Notes under the pieces: generated by a model
Database searches by the model: none
What the model was told of the DNA's origin: nothing
The model's input: the letters and a program-made list of their open reading frames with translations, nothing else
Assembly (NCBI GenBank): GCA_000934665.2
Contig: KZ538603.1
Coordinates: 62,001-126,000, forward strand
Origin: Catajapyx aquilonaris
Lineage: Eukaryota
DNA: 64,000 bases
Reading direction: 5' to 3'
Shown: positions 26,699 through 40,159 of the stretch, one piece after another
Layout of the letters: every line of letters begins with the position of its first letter
Position numbering within the stretch: position 1 is the stretch's first letter
Made by a program: the position numbers and the translations under genes

Positions 26699-27020
26699 AG
26701 CGACAAGAGGCTCCGAAAGACTCCGAGTTGTCATGCATGGCGTAGAATAATTGCCGAGAGTCTTGTGTCAAATACATGACATATGACCATTCCGCGTCTT
26801 GTCGAGCTTCGTGTAGTCCTGTTATCGGGATTGGTTGTCTAGAGTAGGTGGCATTCAGATAATTCGGTGGGTGGGAGCTACCTTTCAACAGAAACCGCAC
26901 AATATAGGCTGCATGTAACTTATGGCAAGGGAATCTTTTGAATGACACTGAATAGCAATGTTAAGAAATCCGCTAAAGGTAGGAGTGAGTTAAAATGGTC
27001 CACAAATCCTAAAAGTACTG

Positions 27021-27021
<1 letters not shown>

Positions 27022-27072
<51 letters not shown>
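27022..27072. repeat. (ATT)n microsatellite
   Basis: Direct inspection. Confidence 0.95.
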
Positions 27073-27410
27073 GTGCTGCTATGATTGTGTGAGAGATTTT
27101 GCAAGCTCCAATTCTTGACTGAACTTGCGCCGACGCTGCCGACGAGAAGCTGTGCGGCGCGCGTCACTTGCGCTAGAGCGCTTGCCTCCAGTTGGCTGGC
27201 ACTATGTAGGCCTGATGGTGATTGGTGGCCCCTGAGCGAGAAGGTCCGGGGCCGCCAATCCTACTGGTGTATAGCGTGGCAGGCATGGGTGACCTTCCCG
27301 CAGTATGGGACACGACGTCGTCTGCGGCACTCGACACCCCCTACCTACCCCCCCGACGACCCACCCCGGGTCAGCATGGGTCCACGCAGGCACAGGTAGA
27401 ACTACCCAGG

Positions 27411-27414
<4 letters not shown>

Positions 27415-27455
<41 letters not shown>

Positions 27456-27494
27456 NNNNNNNNNNNNNNNNNNNNCTCTCTCCCTCTCCCTCTC
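27415..27494. repeat. (CT)n microsatellite with N gap
   Basis: Direct inspection. Confidence 0.9.
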
Positions 27495-27891
27495 ATCTTT
27501 GTAGTACCTGAGTAGACTTAGTAGATTTAATTTTATAATGTCGCGTGTAAGTCTGGAACGTGACTCCAGTAGTGACTGCTTTACCTTCATTAGATCGGTG
27601 CACCTAGGGCGACTGTAAGGTTAATTAGAATTTATTCCGCGATGGCTTCATTTTGTAACTTGTTAGAATTAGCAGTTATAACAGTGAGATTTAACCTAAG
27701 TTATTCGAGGCACTAGCGTAACTTATGACGGACGAACCTTGTAGAATGTACCCCGTGCAGTCATTTGGCGCGAGGAACTTTGGCCACAGGCAAGACATGA
27801 CAACTCTGCGTGTCATTGTCCTAAGGTATCACATTTGGGTTTCCGTAGGTAGCGGCATTCAGGTAAGGCAGTAGTGCTTGTTGATTTAGAG

Positions 27892-28123
27892 CAGTTCTTC
27901 CCAAATTGTGGATCGCTACTCCATTTGGGGTCGCGAGGGAGGGTAAGAAATTATATTCACAAAATGATGCTATCCTTCTTGAAAATCATGACCATAAGGT
28001 AAGGTCATTTCACTGTTTACCTGTCTTTTCATGTTGGCGGATCGAAATGTGCAAATATAGGGGGTCGCAAATTTTACAAGACGATTTTTTGGGGTCGCCA
28101 ACGAAAGAAATTTGGAAGCACTG
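27892..28123. mobile_element. hAT (Charlie-like) MITE
   Basis: CAGT...ACTG ends, imperfect TSD ATTTAGAG/ATTTAAGAG and GGGGTCGC repeats. A related 5' end lies at about 18932-19040. Confidence 0.7.
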
Positions 28124-28383
28124 ATTTAAGAGACTGAACGGGGTATATTCTTCTGCATATTGAAACCCTAAGTTCTCAGATATTGTCGGCGAGCCATACA
28201 ATATTTCATACGGACAGGGCGTCACGCGTTTGGCCAGATAACTCGTGTAAAATTTAATTACTGTACGTAGGTTTGTAGAGTTTTCTGTCTAAAGTAATCT
28301 GCATAATATGTAGTGGTGTGTTAGTAGATATGACTGGGAAAAAACAGGTTTTAGTTTTTCTGCATACTGTATACGAGCGTATA

Positions 28384-28932
28384 CACCGTGTAAATGAAAT
28401 AAGTGCGCGTTTTATGCAGAAAGGTAGAGTGACTCAAAAGAAACCTTTTTCCCCAATGCACTTGGTGCCACAGGCGCGTCGTTAAGTCAGAAAAGGAGGG
28501 TTTGTCACGCATCATACAAACACGTCATACCCTCAGTAACCACAGTAATACACCACGGTTATTACCATGCTCCTACAACAGTTGTTCCATCAGACAATGA
28601 TGTCACAAACACGTCAAACTGTGGTAACCATAGTGACCACCATGGAAAAACTGCTGCTGTAGTTTGGTTACCACGGTGGTCACCATGGCTACCACAGTTT
28701 GACGTGTTTGTGACATCATTGTCTGATGGAACAACTGTTGTAGGAGCATGGTAACCGTGGTGTATTACTGTGGTTACTGAGGGTACGACGTGTTTGTATG
28801 ACGCGTGACAAACCCTCCTTTTCTGACTTAACGACGCGTCTGGGGCACCGCCAAGTGTATTGGCAAAAAATGTTTCTTTTAAGTCACTCTATCATTCTGC
28901 ATAAAACGCGCACTTATCTCATTTACACGGTG
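28384..28932. mobile_element. Palindromic Tc1/mariner-type MITE
   Basis: TA-CACCGTGTAAATG...CATTTACACGGTG-TA with arms of about 260 bp. Confidence 0.8.
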
Positions 28933-31900
28933 TATAAGTAGCAGTGTAACCTATCCAGTTCTTTTAAACGGACTTGTGAAATTAAGATTTACCGCAATAT
29001 TTAAAAAATGGTCCCTACACGTGCTTGTCACGTTACTTATTTCTCCTGAGACAGATTCCGATATGTATGATTCGAAGAATTATTGTTGTTGATTGCGATC
29101 CTCGCGTGTATGTATGTTGGAGGGAGGGGTTTATTAGGACTTCAAAAGCTGTAATTTTTGAAATAAAAAAAGAGCAATAATGGAGCTCTTCCGTCCCCCT
29201 TTGCCATTCACAACAAGTAGGGAGCAGTTCCCACCCGTAATGCACTTGGGGGAGCCATTCGGAAGATGGCATTACGAGGAATCGGGGATAGTTTTACTGA
29301 TATCCGCAGGAAGTAGGCGAGGCGGGGGGTTAGTGGCAGGGGTGCCGGGAGACAGTGTATACGACCCAAGCAAAAACCGCGTAACTTGAGGTCAATATAT
29401 TTTTCAATCCCCAATCATGAGATGTACTGTACTATATTGCTCAAAAATATGGAGACGATTTTGCAATGAAACCAAATACAAAATCGTCTCCTTCTTTTTG
29501 AGCGATACACGCGGCGATATAGTACGTATTGTTGGGCTGATAATGGGGTATCAATTATTATTATTATTATTATAGTACGTATTGTTAGAAACTGTTTTTT
29601 TTCCTAGAGATTTTCTTGCAAAGTATTGTGTATGAGAAGCACACAAACTTCATACGCGATACGAGCTTGTGACTCGGTATGCCCAATACCTAAATTGTCG
29701 CGTAGGAAATAACAATTAAAAAACGCAGGTACAGATGATACGCTGTAGGTTCCGTCCCGAAATGGGGTAACGCCGAACGTTTACGACGCAACGCGAGATG
29801 TGGGCGGGACTGCTCCTTCCCCCACCATATCTCCCCCTCCCCCCTTCGCCCCCTGCGTCGTATGCACCTGCGCATTGGTATCCTTGAGACTGACGTGACA
29901 GACAAGGCCCCCTGGGTCGGGCTTCTGATAACAACCAATTCTTCTGGAAGGAAATCCATCTACAGGTTGTGATTTGTCACAAGGAACAATTCCCGGATTA
30001 ATTTGCTCTCATCTTAATGCGAATCAGGGATGACTCATACTGTTGTATTTTCCGCTCTTGCTCGACGATTCGGATGGTGGGGGACCCTTGCATAATTTCT
30101 TCATATACAGATTCAGTTGAAGCGCCTGTGTGTACCCCACCTCCCTGTTATAAGAGCACTATATGGGAAAAGTAGATTCATTTGAGTTGGGTTTCGACTC
30201 CTGAGCAGATCAAGATTCGTTTTTGGGCACCCTTGAAACACATTATTACACACCAGCAGTGTTGCGATAGATTCTATCAGAGTTGAAGTGACCTGTGCCA
30301 GTGAATAGCCAGAAAAGAGTATGGACACAACTGCCCCCAGAAAACCGCTGAAAATACCGGCTGGCTATCCCAACTGATTGTGAAAAATACTGTCGCCTAT
30401 AGAGACTCGAACTATACGGTCCCCCGACGGACAGACGCCTGTTTCTACTGATTTTCATGTGAACGGTATGGTTTTTCTTTTGCTGCATGTCAAAATTTAT
30501 TACATGTATAGCTCAAACATGCATGGTGCAATTCCCGATAAGTGATAGAAGCACATGTGTATGTCGCATCTGTTGGTCCTTCAGGTTAAAGCATGAGTAC
30601 TGTCGAGCAAATATTTCGAATTTCCTACTTGTGAGTGTACGCATAGTATTTGCCGGGTAGTATTGATACGTAGAGTGGCAATGCATTGGTCCAGTCGAAC
30701 TGGGCCATAAAAGTCTTGAATGGAGTCGTGCGTGCGTGGGTCTCCACGATTCATTGGGGATTCCCCGTGGACAAATGGCCAGTCGCTCGTGGCCAGACGC
30801 CAATGAAAGATGGGCTGCCATTTAAGCAGAAAGCACGGGGGAAGGAGATCACTTCCCTCCTTCCCTCCCCTCCCCTCATTCCCTCCTTCCTTCCGTCCTT
30901 CCTACCCTCCCACCAACCAACCAACCCAGGCTACTCAACTCATTAGCAGTCCGTCGACGTTCTCTCCAGGAAGCCTCGCCAGACCGTCGCCAAACCGAGT
31001 GCCGCCGACCACTTTTTCAAGCTCGATGTGCTGGAAGTTTTAATGCCTTAGGATTTTTGGATTCTGCGTATTTTTGGCTATTGCCTTGGTGCTCCCGATA
31101 GTTTTTCGTGAACTAATTTTGAGTAAAATTTTCTGTTGATTTAATATAAGGCGAAATGTCTTGGTGGCTATAAATGCGTATCTTGATTTCTTGAATATGA
31201 AACCTGCTCCATTAGTATGGGATAATTGGTTTTAAAATCTTTGTGTATCATAACTTGATACTGAAATATCTCATTTCAAAATGACGAATGCCTTTGGCAT
31301 TTGTTAATTAATCACCCTATGTATCCGGAAGTAGTTCCGGAAGTATATTTGAATGACATTACTATACTCTACTGACGTTCCTGATTCATCCATTTGAAAT
31401 GTTTTGCTATTTCATTTTTATACGTTCTGCATTCAGAAGTCGAATAAAAGTATAGTTCGGACTTACCCTGCATCTGACAAAGTCACTGCAAGTATCTCAA
31501 ATTCTGTATTCGTATTCGTACTTCTCTTTATGCTTGTGCGATTTGTTTCAAAATCATCAACATCCACGTGATTGATACTGACTTAGTCGCCGGATAAGAT
31601 AGAACGTGAAAGATAGACCTACTAATGTACTAATTCACTGTTCCAACATGGAGGGTAAGCTACATTCAGAATCCCTAGTGTCTTATTATAGTTATTATTA
31701 TTGGCGGAAGTCTCGTGTGTTTTCCTAATATACTTGTTGAATAAGTGATTCCCATGTAACATAACGATCTGAAAGTCTGCTAACCCACATCCAGCCACAA
31801 CATTGTGTTTAGACCTGCCTTTATTTACCAATGACATTCTTAATGATATTGTGAGTAGGCCTACGTCACGGCGAATCTTCAGACGAATCAATAATTGGCA

Positions 31901-32009
31901 GTTGTATTTTTAATGTATTATACCCAGATGTGCACTTTGTGGCATACGTCTTGGAATGTTCCGTAGTAAGATATGTTCACGCACGCCCCAACCATCAATA
32001 ATAAAAATA

Positions 32010-32010
32010 A

Positions 32011-32056
<46 letters not shown>
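32010..32056. repeat. (AAT)n microsatellite
   Basis: Direct inspection. Confidence 0.95.
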
Positions 32057-32914
32057 TACTGAATGCATTGTATCATTCTTTGTTGGATAGTAGTCAGACA
32101 TCCTGAGAAATGCTCAAGCTCACTGATGCAACCTGACAGATTACTTATCTATACGTTATCAACAACTAAACATTACTGAACTATTTTCTGTGACTCTCTG
32201 TGACTTGTCCCCCATACGTACCATTTCTGCGATATCTATTTCATCTATTATAAGTGCAAAATCACACTACTTATGATTCATTGAACGATTGCAAGAACGA
32301 CCTGATGATGATATCCAATATCGAGGGTGAAATTTATCGATAATTTTCTGCCACTGTGAGTTCTACATTAGCTTAGGCTTAGGTAAAATAACGGGTAAGA
32401 TAAATTCTTGGTTCCAGCGAGGGTCATTCAAATGTGCCAGAATACGCTGCCACATAACATAGTAGTTTCTCCATGTAAGGTGAAAGCTTACACGATGACA
32501 CTGCTGTGCATTTTGTCAGCTTATTCAGATGGCCAATGTCCAGTTGCGTGATTGACAGTAATGTACCAGACCTGTAAAGTGACTCCCATTTAGGGCGAGT
32601 TGTTATTTTTTGTGACAAAATTATTTATTTAAAAAGTAATAACTAATAACAAACCAATATAAACTACGTCATAAGACATAAGTACGGCCTTTCACCCCTT
32701 TGTGTGAGGTCGGCACCGCTTTACGACATGATTATTCTGAGATTAAGGCGATTAAATTTGATGGAACTTCAGAACCAGCAGCTACTGTTTTTGTAGATTA
32801 TAGCACACAAAATAAATCAGAGTCGAACATTATAATTATTTCAGAATCTAAACAAACTGAGTGTAGAAAGATAAAAGGTGTAACGATCTGTTCCCCATCT
32901 GTACCCCGAAAAAT

Positions 32915-32987
32915 GCTTTCGTGGTCCAACAAGGCAAGACGCGGGCTCTCGTAGTCCGAGATCCGGGTTCAAATCCCGGCGAAGGCA
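32915..32987 (+). tRNA. tRNA-like cloverleaf (probable pseudogene or isolated SINE head; TCG at anticodon position)
   Basis: Acceptor stem GCTTTCG/CGAAGGC, D arm GTC..GAC, anticodon stem CGGGC/GTCCG with loop TCTCGTA, T arm CCGGG-TTCAAAT-CCCGG; 73 nt. C33 and T37 are non-canonical. Confidence 0.55.
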
Positions 32988-35374
32988 CACACACCTTACC
33001 TTGAGAAATCCCCAATGCTGTTGCACCACACACTTGAACGATATGTACATGCGCCAACCTATTGTTGCTGATTCTGAAATTCTTCACAATTTCTGAAATA
33101 TGTGGGAGTTGGTCACTATTTTTTCGAAAGTTCAGGCATATAAATGTGAACCGAATTTGTTCAATCCCGATATACAGTGGTTTCATCGCTCATTGTCATG
33201 AAATTGGTGCAATACTTGCTCCTCTGAGTATTTCTCACATGGAGTATTGCAATGTGCAACCGGTAATGCGCAATCATCAAATTCAGTCAACAGAATTCAA
33301 CACTAAATATTGGATAACATTTCTATATGAAAACACTTAAAAAATTCTCGTAAAGCCATTCGGAATCATAAGAAACAGTAGCAAAATCTGAATCTTTACA
33401 CTGGGTTTTCACAACTGAAACTATCGACAGGGTAAAATGAGTTTCGCCTTTACTTACGATACCAGCTGAAAACACCATTGTAAATTATTGGTTTCACGGA
33501 AACATCATACTTCTACATATACGCAAAATAGACCCACTGAATTATCGTTACCACCAAAGGGCGATAAGCGTGATAAATTTTTATTTCTGTAATAAACCAC
33601 ATTTCCTTTGACAGTATTCGAAGATGTAAGAGAGTGCATTTTAGCAATACACTAAACTGTTGTCTGCGTGACTGGGACAAAAGAATTTTATCAAAATCTT
33701 CCAAGTTATTTCTAATACTCATTGCTTGTGACCATTTTCTCCTAACCTCTATATTCACATCAATTTCGGAGTAAACCGTGACATCCCAGCATCCATTTCC
33801 CACCCGTATCCTATGGCAACAGCAGGTCGTAACTGAAATGGTACCCACGGGGTTAAAGGTATTGATATTACCATCGTTTAGCCACCCTTAGGCGTTTCCC
33901 CCTTCCTACACGAGCTTTACCATACGATCTTCATTCTACAGAGTGAGTGTAGTATCTGATGGCAAATGAATTTCTCAAAAGTTTCTGCAGAGGATAATAT
34001 ATTTTCTCAATATGTACCCTACTTGTTACTGGATATATCCTTGGTGGCGTGTAGGGAGATGTTACTACAAGTTGAAAAAAAATTCTCCTATGTAAACAGT
34101 AAATATATTTTTAGATGTTTTACCTATGCTTCATTTAAAATTGTGGGAATTGTTGAGATTAACATGTATTGGAACAAAACAATTTTACTGTAAATACAGT
34201 AGACTATGCACTTTTTCCCGCACACAGTTATCTTATGTGATGTGTGCGGCACATCCATGCCAGTTAAGGCTCCTTTAGGCTGCAATCCTGCAATACTGGT
34301 CCATAAAATATTCAAAAATCACTTATCAGGTTCTATAAGCGCCGTATTCTCCCCAGCTCGTGCAATAAACCCCACTCTCACAGACCTAAGTGCAGTACAA
34401 TATCGTTCACATCTTACACGGAGCCTAATGGGTCACAGAGGCACTTTATGAATGATTTGCATCATTGGGTTTAGCACCCTGTCTTATTTTGCGGCTAGTT
34501 TTAATAATAATAAAACATTGAAGCGTAAGCAAGTGTTATTCTGGCCTTATAAGACTTAGGCACACTAGCTCGACCCCCCCCCCCCCCCCCGGGGGTGGGT
34601 TTCCGCGTTTCTTCCNNNNGGGGGGGGGGGGGGATTAAATCGATCCGGTCTCATAGAGAGATAAAGTCTTTCGGCAGATTCAGAAAATTTCTCACAATCA
34701 TGCATGGAGTGTAATTTCCTTATGTCGTAAGTGGGAGTCGAACAAACTCGTTGCTTCAGTCGGCATGGCACGACCCTTTTGCAATTTGGACTTCAGCTCC
34801 CCAGTAGTACAGGGAGGGACGCCGTAATGGCGCTAAGGTGGGTAATGATGCAGATCACATGATCGTCTCTTCTGCCCTTACATTAGCATAAGAGCAATCG
34901 ATGATGCCATGAAGCTCCTAGCTGATGGTGGCGAAAGAAATACACTGCTGGAGTGTGAGTGTGGACACCTTAGGTGGACATGTGGTTGAGATATCTGGAC
35001 TCTTTCACTTGTAACATGACTCGGCTGCCTTTTTGGATATTCAGTTTTTATTTCTTTGTGAACATGTTCCAAAATGAACATTATCTAGCTGTTAATGACC
35101 TAAAAGCTATAGATTATCCAGATCTCCTGGCGTTTTTCATCCGTTGCCCCCTTCGAGACAATAGAACCGCTTTGCTTAGGTGGATTTGTGCTCCTGGGGA
35201 TAATAGCAATTCATATGGAAATCAATAGAGGGGCTCCTATGGGGGCAATAATCAGTCGTCAGCATTTTTTCATCTACGATTAGATAATAATCCGCATGGA
35301 CTGATCTAATCATTATTGAAGACGCACAATTTTCAACTTCCTGTACAACATTATAACGTCATTACGTCATTACA

Positions 35375-35831
35375 CAGGGTGGTCGAACAAGAATGCGCGG
35401 ATTTTAAAACCACATAACTCGAAAACTTTTAGACGTACGGTATCTAAATGATCTGAGTCTTGAAATGTTAAGAAAGGTCTAAAGTTTTGGTGTCACCATA
35501 GTTTGTTTTGATATGAGCTTCATTTGTCACTCGGCAGATAAAAATGGCGGTATTCGGTCTCTTGCCAAACCCGCTCAATCGTACCTGGAGTTACCGTTGG
35601 GATCCTAACCCGTAGGTGCTGGAGACACCACACACATCGTTCTTGATGATGTACGTGAAAAGTAGCCTCATCCATGAAACAAACCTGCCGTGTAGGAAAT
35701 ATTCATTTGTTCAACCTCCCAGTATGAACCTTAGACATTTATTAAAATTTATAAACTTAATCATTTAGATCAGTGCAAGTTTCGAGTTACAGGGGTTTTA
35801 AAAGATCCGCTCGTTCTTTTTCGATCACCCT
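35375..35831. mobile_element. Tc1/mariner deletion derivative
   Basis: CAGGGTGGTCGAA...TTCGATCACCCT ends. Shares the subterminal ATAACTCGAAAACTT-TAGAC with the element at 47053-47862. Confidence 0.7.
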
Positions 35832-35972
35832 ATATTTGCATGAGACAGAAATCGGATCAGAGAATTTCATTTATGGATTTTGTCTGCTTGAATCGTGAAA
35901 TAGCCTATAGGCTACTTGTCGATATGCCAATGGTCATTTCCGTTGTACAGTCTAATGTGCTACAGTACTATA

Positions 35973-36411
35973 CAGGGTGTATCAAAACTCTACCATAAGC
36001 CATGTACCAATGGCATAAAGGGCACCGGAGCATCATTTTATGTAGAGGGGGTCATCATGTCTAGGCAGCCACATCACGTAGATAATTGACCTCAACCAAC
36101 TAGTATAAAATATCCTGGCAGGTATGTAAACCTTCAGCCGCCATCGCGTCACAGGTGAAGGTCGCAGCTATTTTCTGGGGGGCTACTGCCACACTGCTAT
36201 TGGGGTAGTCACTAAGGGCTCTTAGAATGCAGTTCCCACCAGATGCACTGCTATTCTACAATCACGCTTAAGCGCAATCGCTACTACGCAAATGATCAAT
36301 TATCTACGTGATGTGGCTGCCTAGACATGATGACCCCTCTACATAAAATGATGCTCTGGTGCCCCTTATGCCATTGGTACATGGCTTATGGTAGAGTTTT
36401 GATACACCCTG
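35973..36411. mobile_element. Tc1/mariner MITE with ~118-bp TIRs
   Basis: TA-CAGGGTGTATCAAAACTC...GAGTTTTGATACACCCTG-TA. Confidence 0.85.
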
Positions 36412-36922
36412 TATGATAACTCTGGAACCGTTAGTCACCTAGACTCCGCCTAACGAGTATTTAAAAATAATACTACACTTTATTCATGCTAATGCTGCTA
36501 AACTAGCTCTTTGAGGTTGCTGGGCAATTGCATCCACATTTGGCTGTTCGATTATGCAATGTGTTACACTCGCTTGAAATGACACTAGTTGGCATTTTTG
36601 TCACTAAGCTGCTTATTTTTAAGCAGATATTTTTGCATAGAACCTTTTCGGGGTTTTCGATGCTAATATTAGGCCGAATTAAATCATCTCCCCAAGCTCT
36701 GCACGGCAATATTTTTCGGAATGGGAATGGTCCATTGGAACAAGACGAAAAATGATAGGTCACACAATCTAATATTAGCATAACCACTAAAGGAAACTAT
36801 TCAAAAGTAACTAGTTAAAATAAGCAGCTTAGTGCCAAAACACCGCAAACGACTAAGGGCATTTCATTTTGGAACACCATGTATCTGAATTGAACGAAAT
36901 GATTTGAAACTGAGAGTCTGAG

Positions 36923-36977
36923 CACGGAGCCTTCAGTCATCCAAGCACACTGTGCTTGGATGACTGAAGGCTCCGTG
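36923..36977. mobile_element. 55-bp perfect palindrome with 8-bp TSD (minimal hAT/P-like MITE)
   Basis: 27-bp arms plus a 1-nt spacer, flanked by AGTCTGAG on both sides. Confidence 0.75.
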
Positions 36978-37882
36978 AGTCTGAGTTACTGCAGGTGATA
37001 TTATACTCATGCCCATTACATCTTAGGTCGGCAGTGAACAGTGTAGCCCGTCAGGAGACCTCTCTCTTTACAAGAATAAGTTAATCTGAGAACAGTCTCG
37101 AGTTTCACCCCTTTTTGCAGGAGGAGTATGTTTACACTGTTTTTTGGGGCTCTTTTGTGGCCCCCATTGTTCGGGTTTCAGGTTTTGTTTGTTCCATTTG
37201 AGTTACCTAGGAGATTCAACTGTGGCTCGAGATCGAAGTTATTGAATGGGTAGGCTGGTCTTTGCTGAGCTTAGGATTTCAGAAATGACAATGCCGTCAG
37301 GTCGGGAGAGCTTTCCAGTGTTTTCCAACGTATTACTTGAGAGATAACTCGATTCACACTATTAAGAAGAAAAGATAATAAGAAGTGTCATACTGGTGTA
37401 TAATATTTGGGTGGTTAGACGCTGCATGACTGTTACGCTGCATGTTTGATTATTTCAAGTAAATATTATTTGCATGGTTGCAAGTTGCACGTATGTTCGA
37501 TGGAAAAATAGTTTCCATAATTATGAAGGGTCGAACCATTAGTTCGCCACCCTTGACATAAAAGTGACATGATTTTTATTGATTTTCTTAGCATGTGCTC
37601 CCCAGCCCATTCTTTGTGTTCATGGTACTTTAATCTCTCATGGAGACCAATGCTTTCTGCCCAGAGAAGTATCGAGAGTGACGACAACCAGACTCGCCCA
37701 ATTTCATATGGAGCTCACTGTCAGCATCATCTATTTGCTGGTGATGATATATCGGTATTTGTTATGAAAAACGTAATCTTTATACTTGTGCCTTACCTCT
37801 GTATCGGTTGACATGCCACTGACCCTCGAGCATCAAGTTGGTAGGCCTACTCCAGTGCTCGCCTTATGTAGAATGAGGCGTG

Positions 37883-38301
37883 CACTGTACTCCCGATTAT
37901 TATCCGTGCTATGACGGCACGGGAGTTGCCGGATAATAATCGGAAAACACGGATAATGGGAAAATGGGCCTGGACATCGTATAAAAATTGAGGTATTCAC
38001 AGGTTTGTAATGTTGCTTGGTTTAAATCAATAAAATAAAACTTGCAATAGATTTTTTTACTTTGTCTTCTAGAAAAAGTGTTATATTTCTTCGTTGGCGA
38101 GACATATTGACAATGAGCGGACTTTTCGTCCCACTGCTAGTTACTGCTAACTTAGCACTATCAGTTTTGGCACTGGTACTGCTAAGTTAGCAGTATCTAG
38201 CAGTGGGAGAAAATTCGACACATTTTTTCAGACTTCAATTTTAAATATATATTTTTTTCGATGCATGGATAATCCGCACCCAGATAATCTGGAGTATAGT
38301 G
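37883..38301. mobile_element. pogo/Tigger-like MITE
   Basis: CACTGTACTCCCGATTAT...ATAATCTGGAGTATAGTG-TA. An inverted copy lies at 50445-50810. Confidence 0.75.
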
Positions 38302-39094
38302 TAGCCTACTTCATAAACTCTCGTCCCTCACGCACCACTCCCGTGATCACTTCCTTTACTTACCCCTTCAGGGCGCCAACAAGACTTGTGGGAGGACCCG
38401 ATGTGGATGTGATTTAAATTTTGAAATACACGGTGCATCCAGAGAACTGGGAACAATTTGACGTATTCAAGTTAGCCATCAGAGTCAGTGACCGGTAATA
38501 TCGTGGTGATTAACGTCAGCTCAAATCCGTATCGGCGTTTCGTGGACTCGCCTGACTCGAGTCTGGAGTTGAGGTAAAAGAAGTGAAGGATCATTGAAAA
38601 TCACCTCTTTTCGCAACCGCATAGGCCTATGGAGAGAAAACAGGACTCAGGTGGTCGTCCACGTCCACAGAAAAGAATTCGATCCGAAATAATTTTTGTT
38701 AGGGTACGCGAGTCTCTCGGTGCGTATACTTGTAATAGCCTTGCCTATGAAATGCTCATTAAAGGGTGGTTGTGTGAAAGCGAATGAGAGAAAATTTCCG
38801 ATTATTATGCACATGTTATTCACAATACATAATCCAACGTAATTGAAGATTTTCGTCTCAGCTTGGGTGACATAATGTCAGACCTACGAATGTAAAAAGT
38901 GACAGTAAGTTTATACTGTCTAAAGCCTACGTGGTTAGAAGTCATTATGCCATTATGCCATTTAATAAAGTACCAAAAAGAATCATGGCTATATAGATTG
39001 TAATATATTTAAAAACATATAGGGTGTATTATACATAACTTCCGAAAAGCCTGGACTCTTTCCATTAAAATGCGTTTTTTCAAACCTTTCAAGG

Positions 39095-39698
39095 CAGTAA
39101 AACTTATATAAGTCGAATCACCATGGGACCGGAAAAAAACTTCGAGTTAGAGAAGATTCGAGTTAGAGAATTTTGGAATTTTAATGCACATAACTCTATA
39201 AGGAATCCTACCTTTATTTCCAGCGACGCAAGGTGTTCAAAACTTAAACAATAACTGTCACTATCACACTTACAATGTTCCTTGTTGTTTTGTTGTAAAA
39301 AAAATCTCCATTATGGACATTTGCCTACTTTTAGATTCAAGGATTCAATTTTCACAATCGAGTCAAACACTTCTTCTTTGGGTACGTCTGGTAGACGGAG
39401 ATCTGGAAATTTGAGCCTTTCTGTACATGTGGCCTACTCTGGACCCTTCGGCTGGGAAATGAGAAAGTTTTCCGTACTCGCCAACATGAACTTCGACTTA
39501 GGGAGACTGAAAATGCATTGATACCCCATCGAAAGGCCCTGCCTGCACTTCGAGTTATGGAGAACTTCGAGATATAGAAATTCGAGTTAGGGAAGTTTAT
39601 TTCCTATTATTTTACATTGTGACCAACCAAGCTCATCATTTTCTTCGACTTATAGAGAACTTCGACTTAGGGAAGTTCAACTTATAGAAGTTTTACTG
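39095..39698. mobile_element. pogo/Tigger-like non-autonomous element
   Basis: CAGTAAAACTT.TATAAGT.GAA / TTCAACTTATAGAAGTTTTACTG-TA, with repeated TTCGA(G/C)TTA subterminal motifs. Confidence 0.75.
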
Positions 39699-39756
39699 TA
39701 TTACAATAAATAGCATGAATGAAAAATAATAATATCATAATAATAATAAATGATAA

Positions 39757-40159
39757 GCTTTCCCGAGAGTCGAGTTTGCAATGATATAATTATTTTAACC
39801 TTTGTTTGGCTGTTGCGCAGAGTGATCACTCTACTGTATAATCAACGTATATCATCTTCACGCCGCGGTAGTATTACTGAAGGCCGTTAGCAAGTCAGTA
39901 ATACTGATGGTTTTTCCTTCAATGAAAAATAGGGAAATGATTTGAAATGCTTATGTTGTTCTGAATCACAGGGTTGAAGAGCACATGAGCACTTCTAATC
40001 ATTTACCAATTTTTCAAATGTTAAAATTTACTGCATTGCTACTGACTGTCGCTAATGCTACCGAGGATAATGACATGCATTGAATATACCGTAGTCACTC
40101 TGCATAACAGCCAAATTAATTGTGAAGTATATTAATGCAATCTCAACTCTCGGGAAGGC
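39757..40159. mobile_element. MITE with degenerate ~90-bp TIRs
   Basis: GCTTTCCCGAGAGT...ACTCTCGGGAAGGC with further imperfect arm pairing (TTGGCTGTT/AACAGCCAA). Confidence 0.55.

Noticed and set aside
27849..27862. 14-nt microexon (TAG|...CAG|GTAAGG)
   Set aside because: It would introduce a stop after the 17184-17244 exon, the pyrimidine tract is weak, and nothing else supports it.
32295..32345. Hammerhead ribozyme (CTGATGA...GAAA); also a weak minus-strand candidate near 5995-6035
   Set aside because: Core spacing and closing stems do not form convincingly. An Infernal search would be needed.
33615..33625. 11-nt microexon (TTTCCTTTGACAG|...|GTAAGA)
   Set aside because: It is frame-compatible with the candidate start exon but indistinguishable from chance without RNA data.
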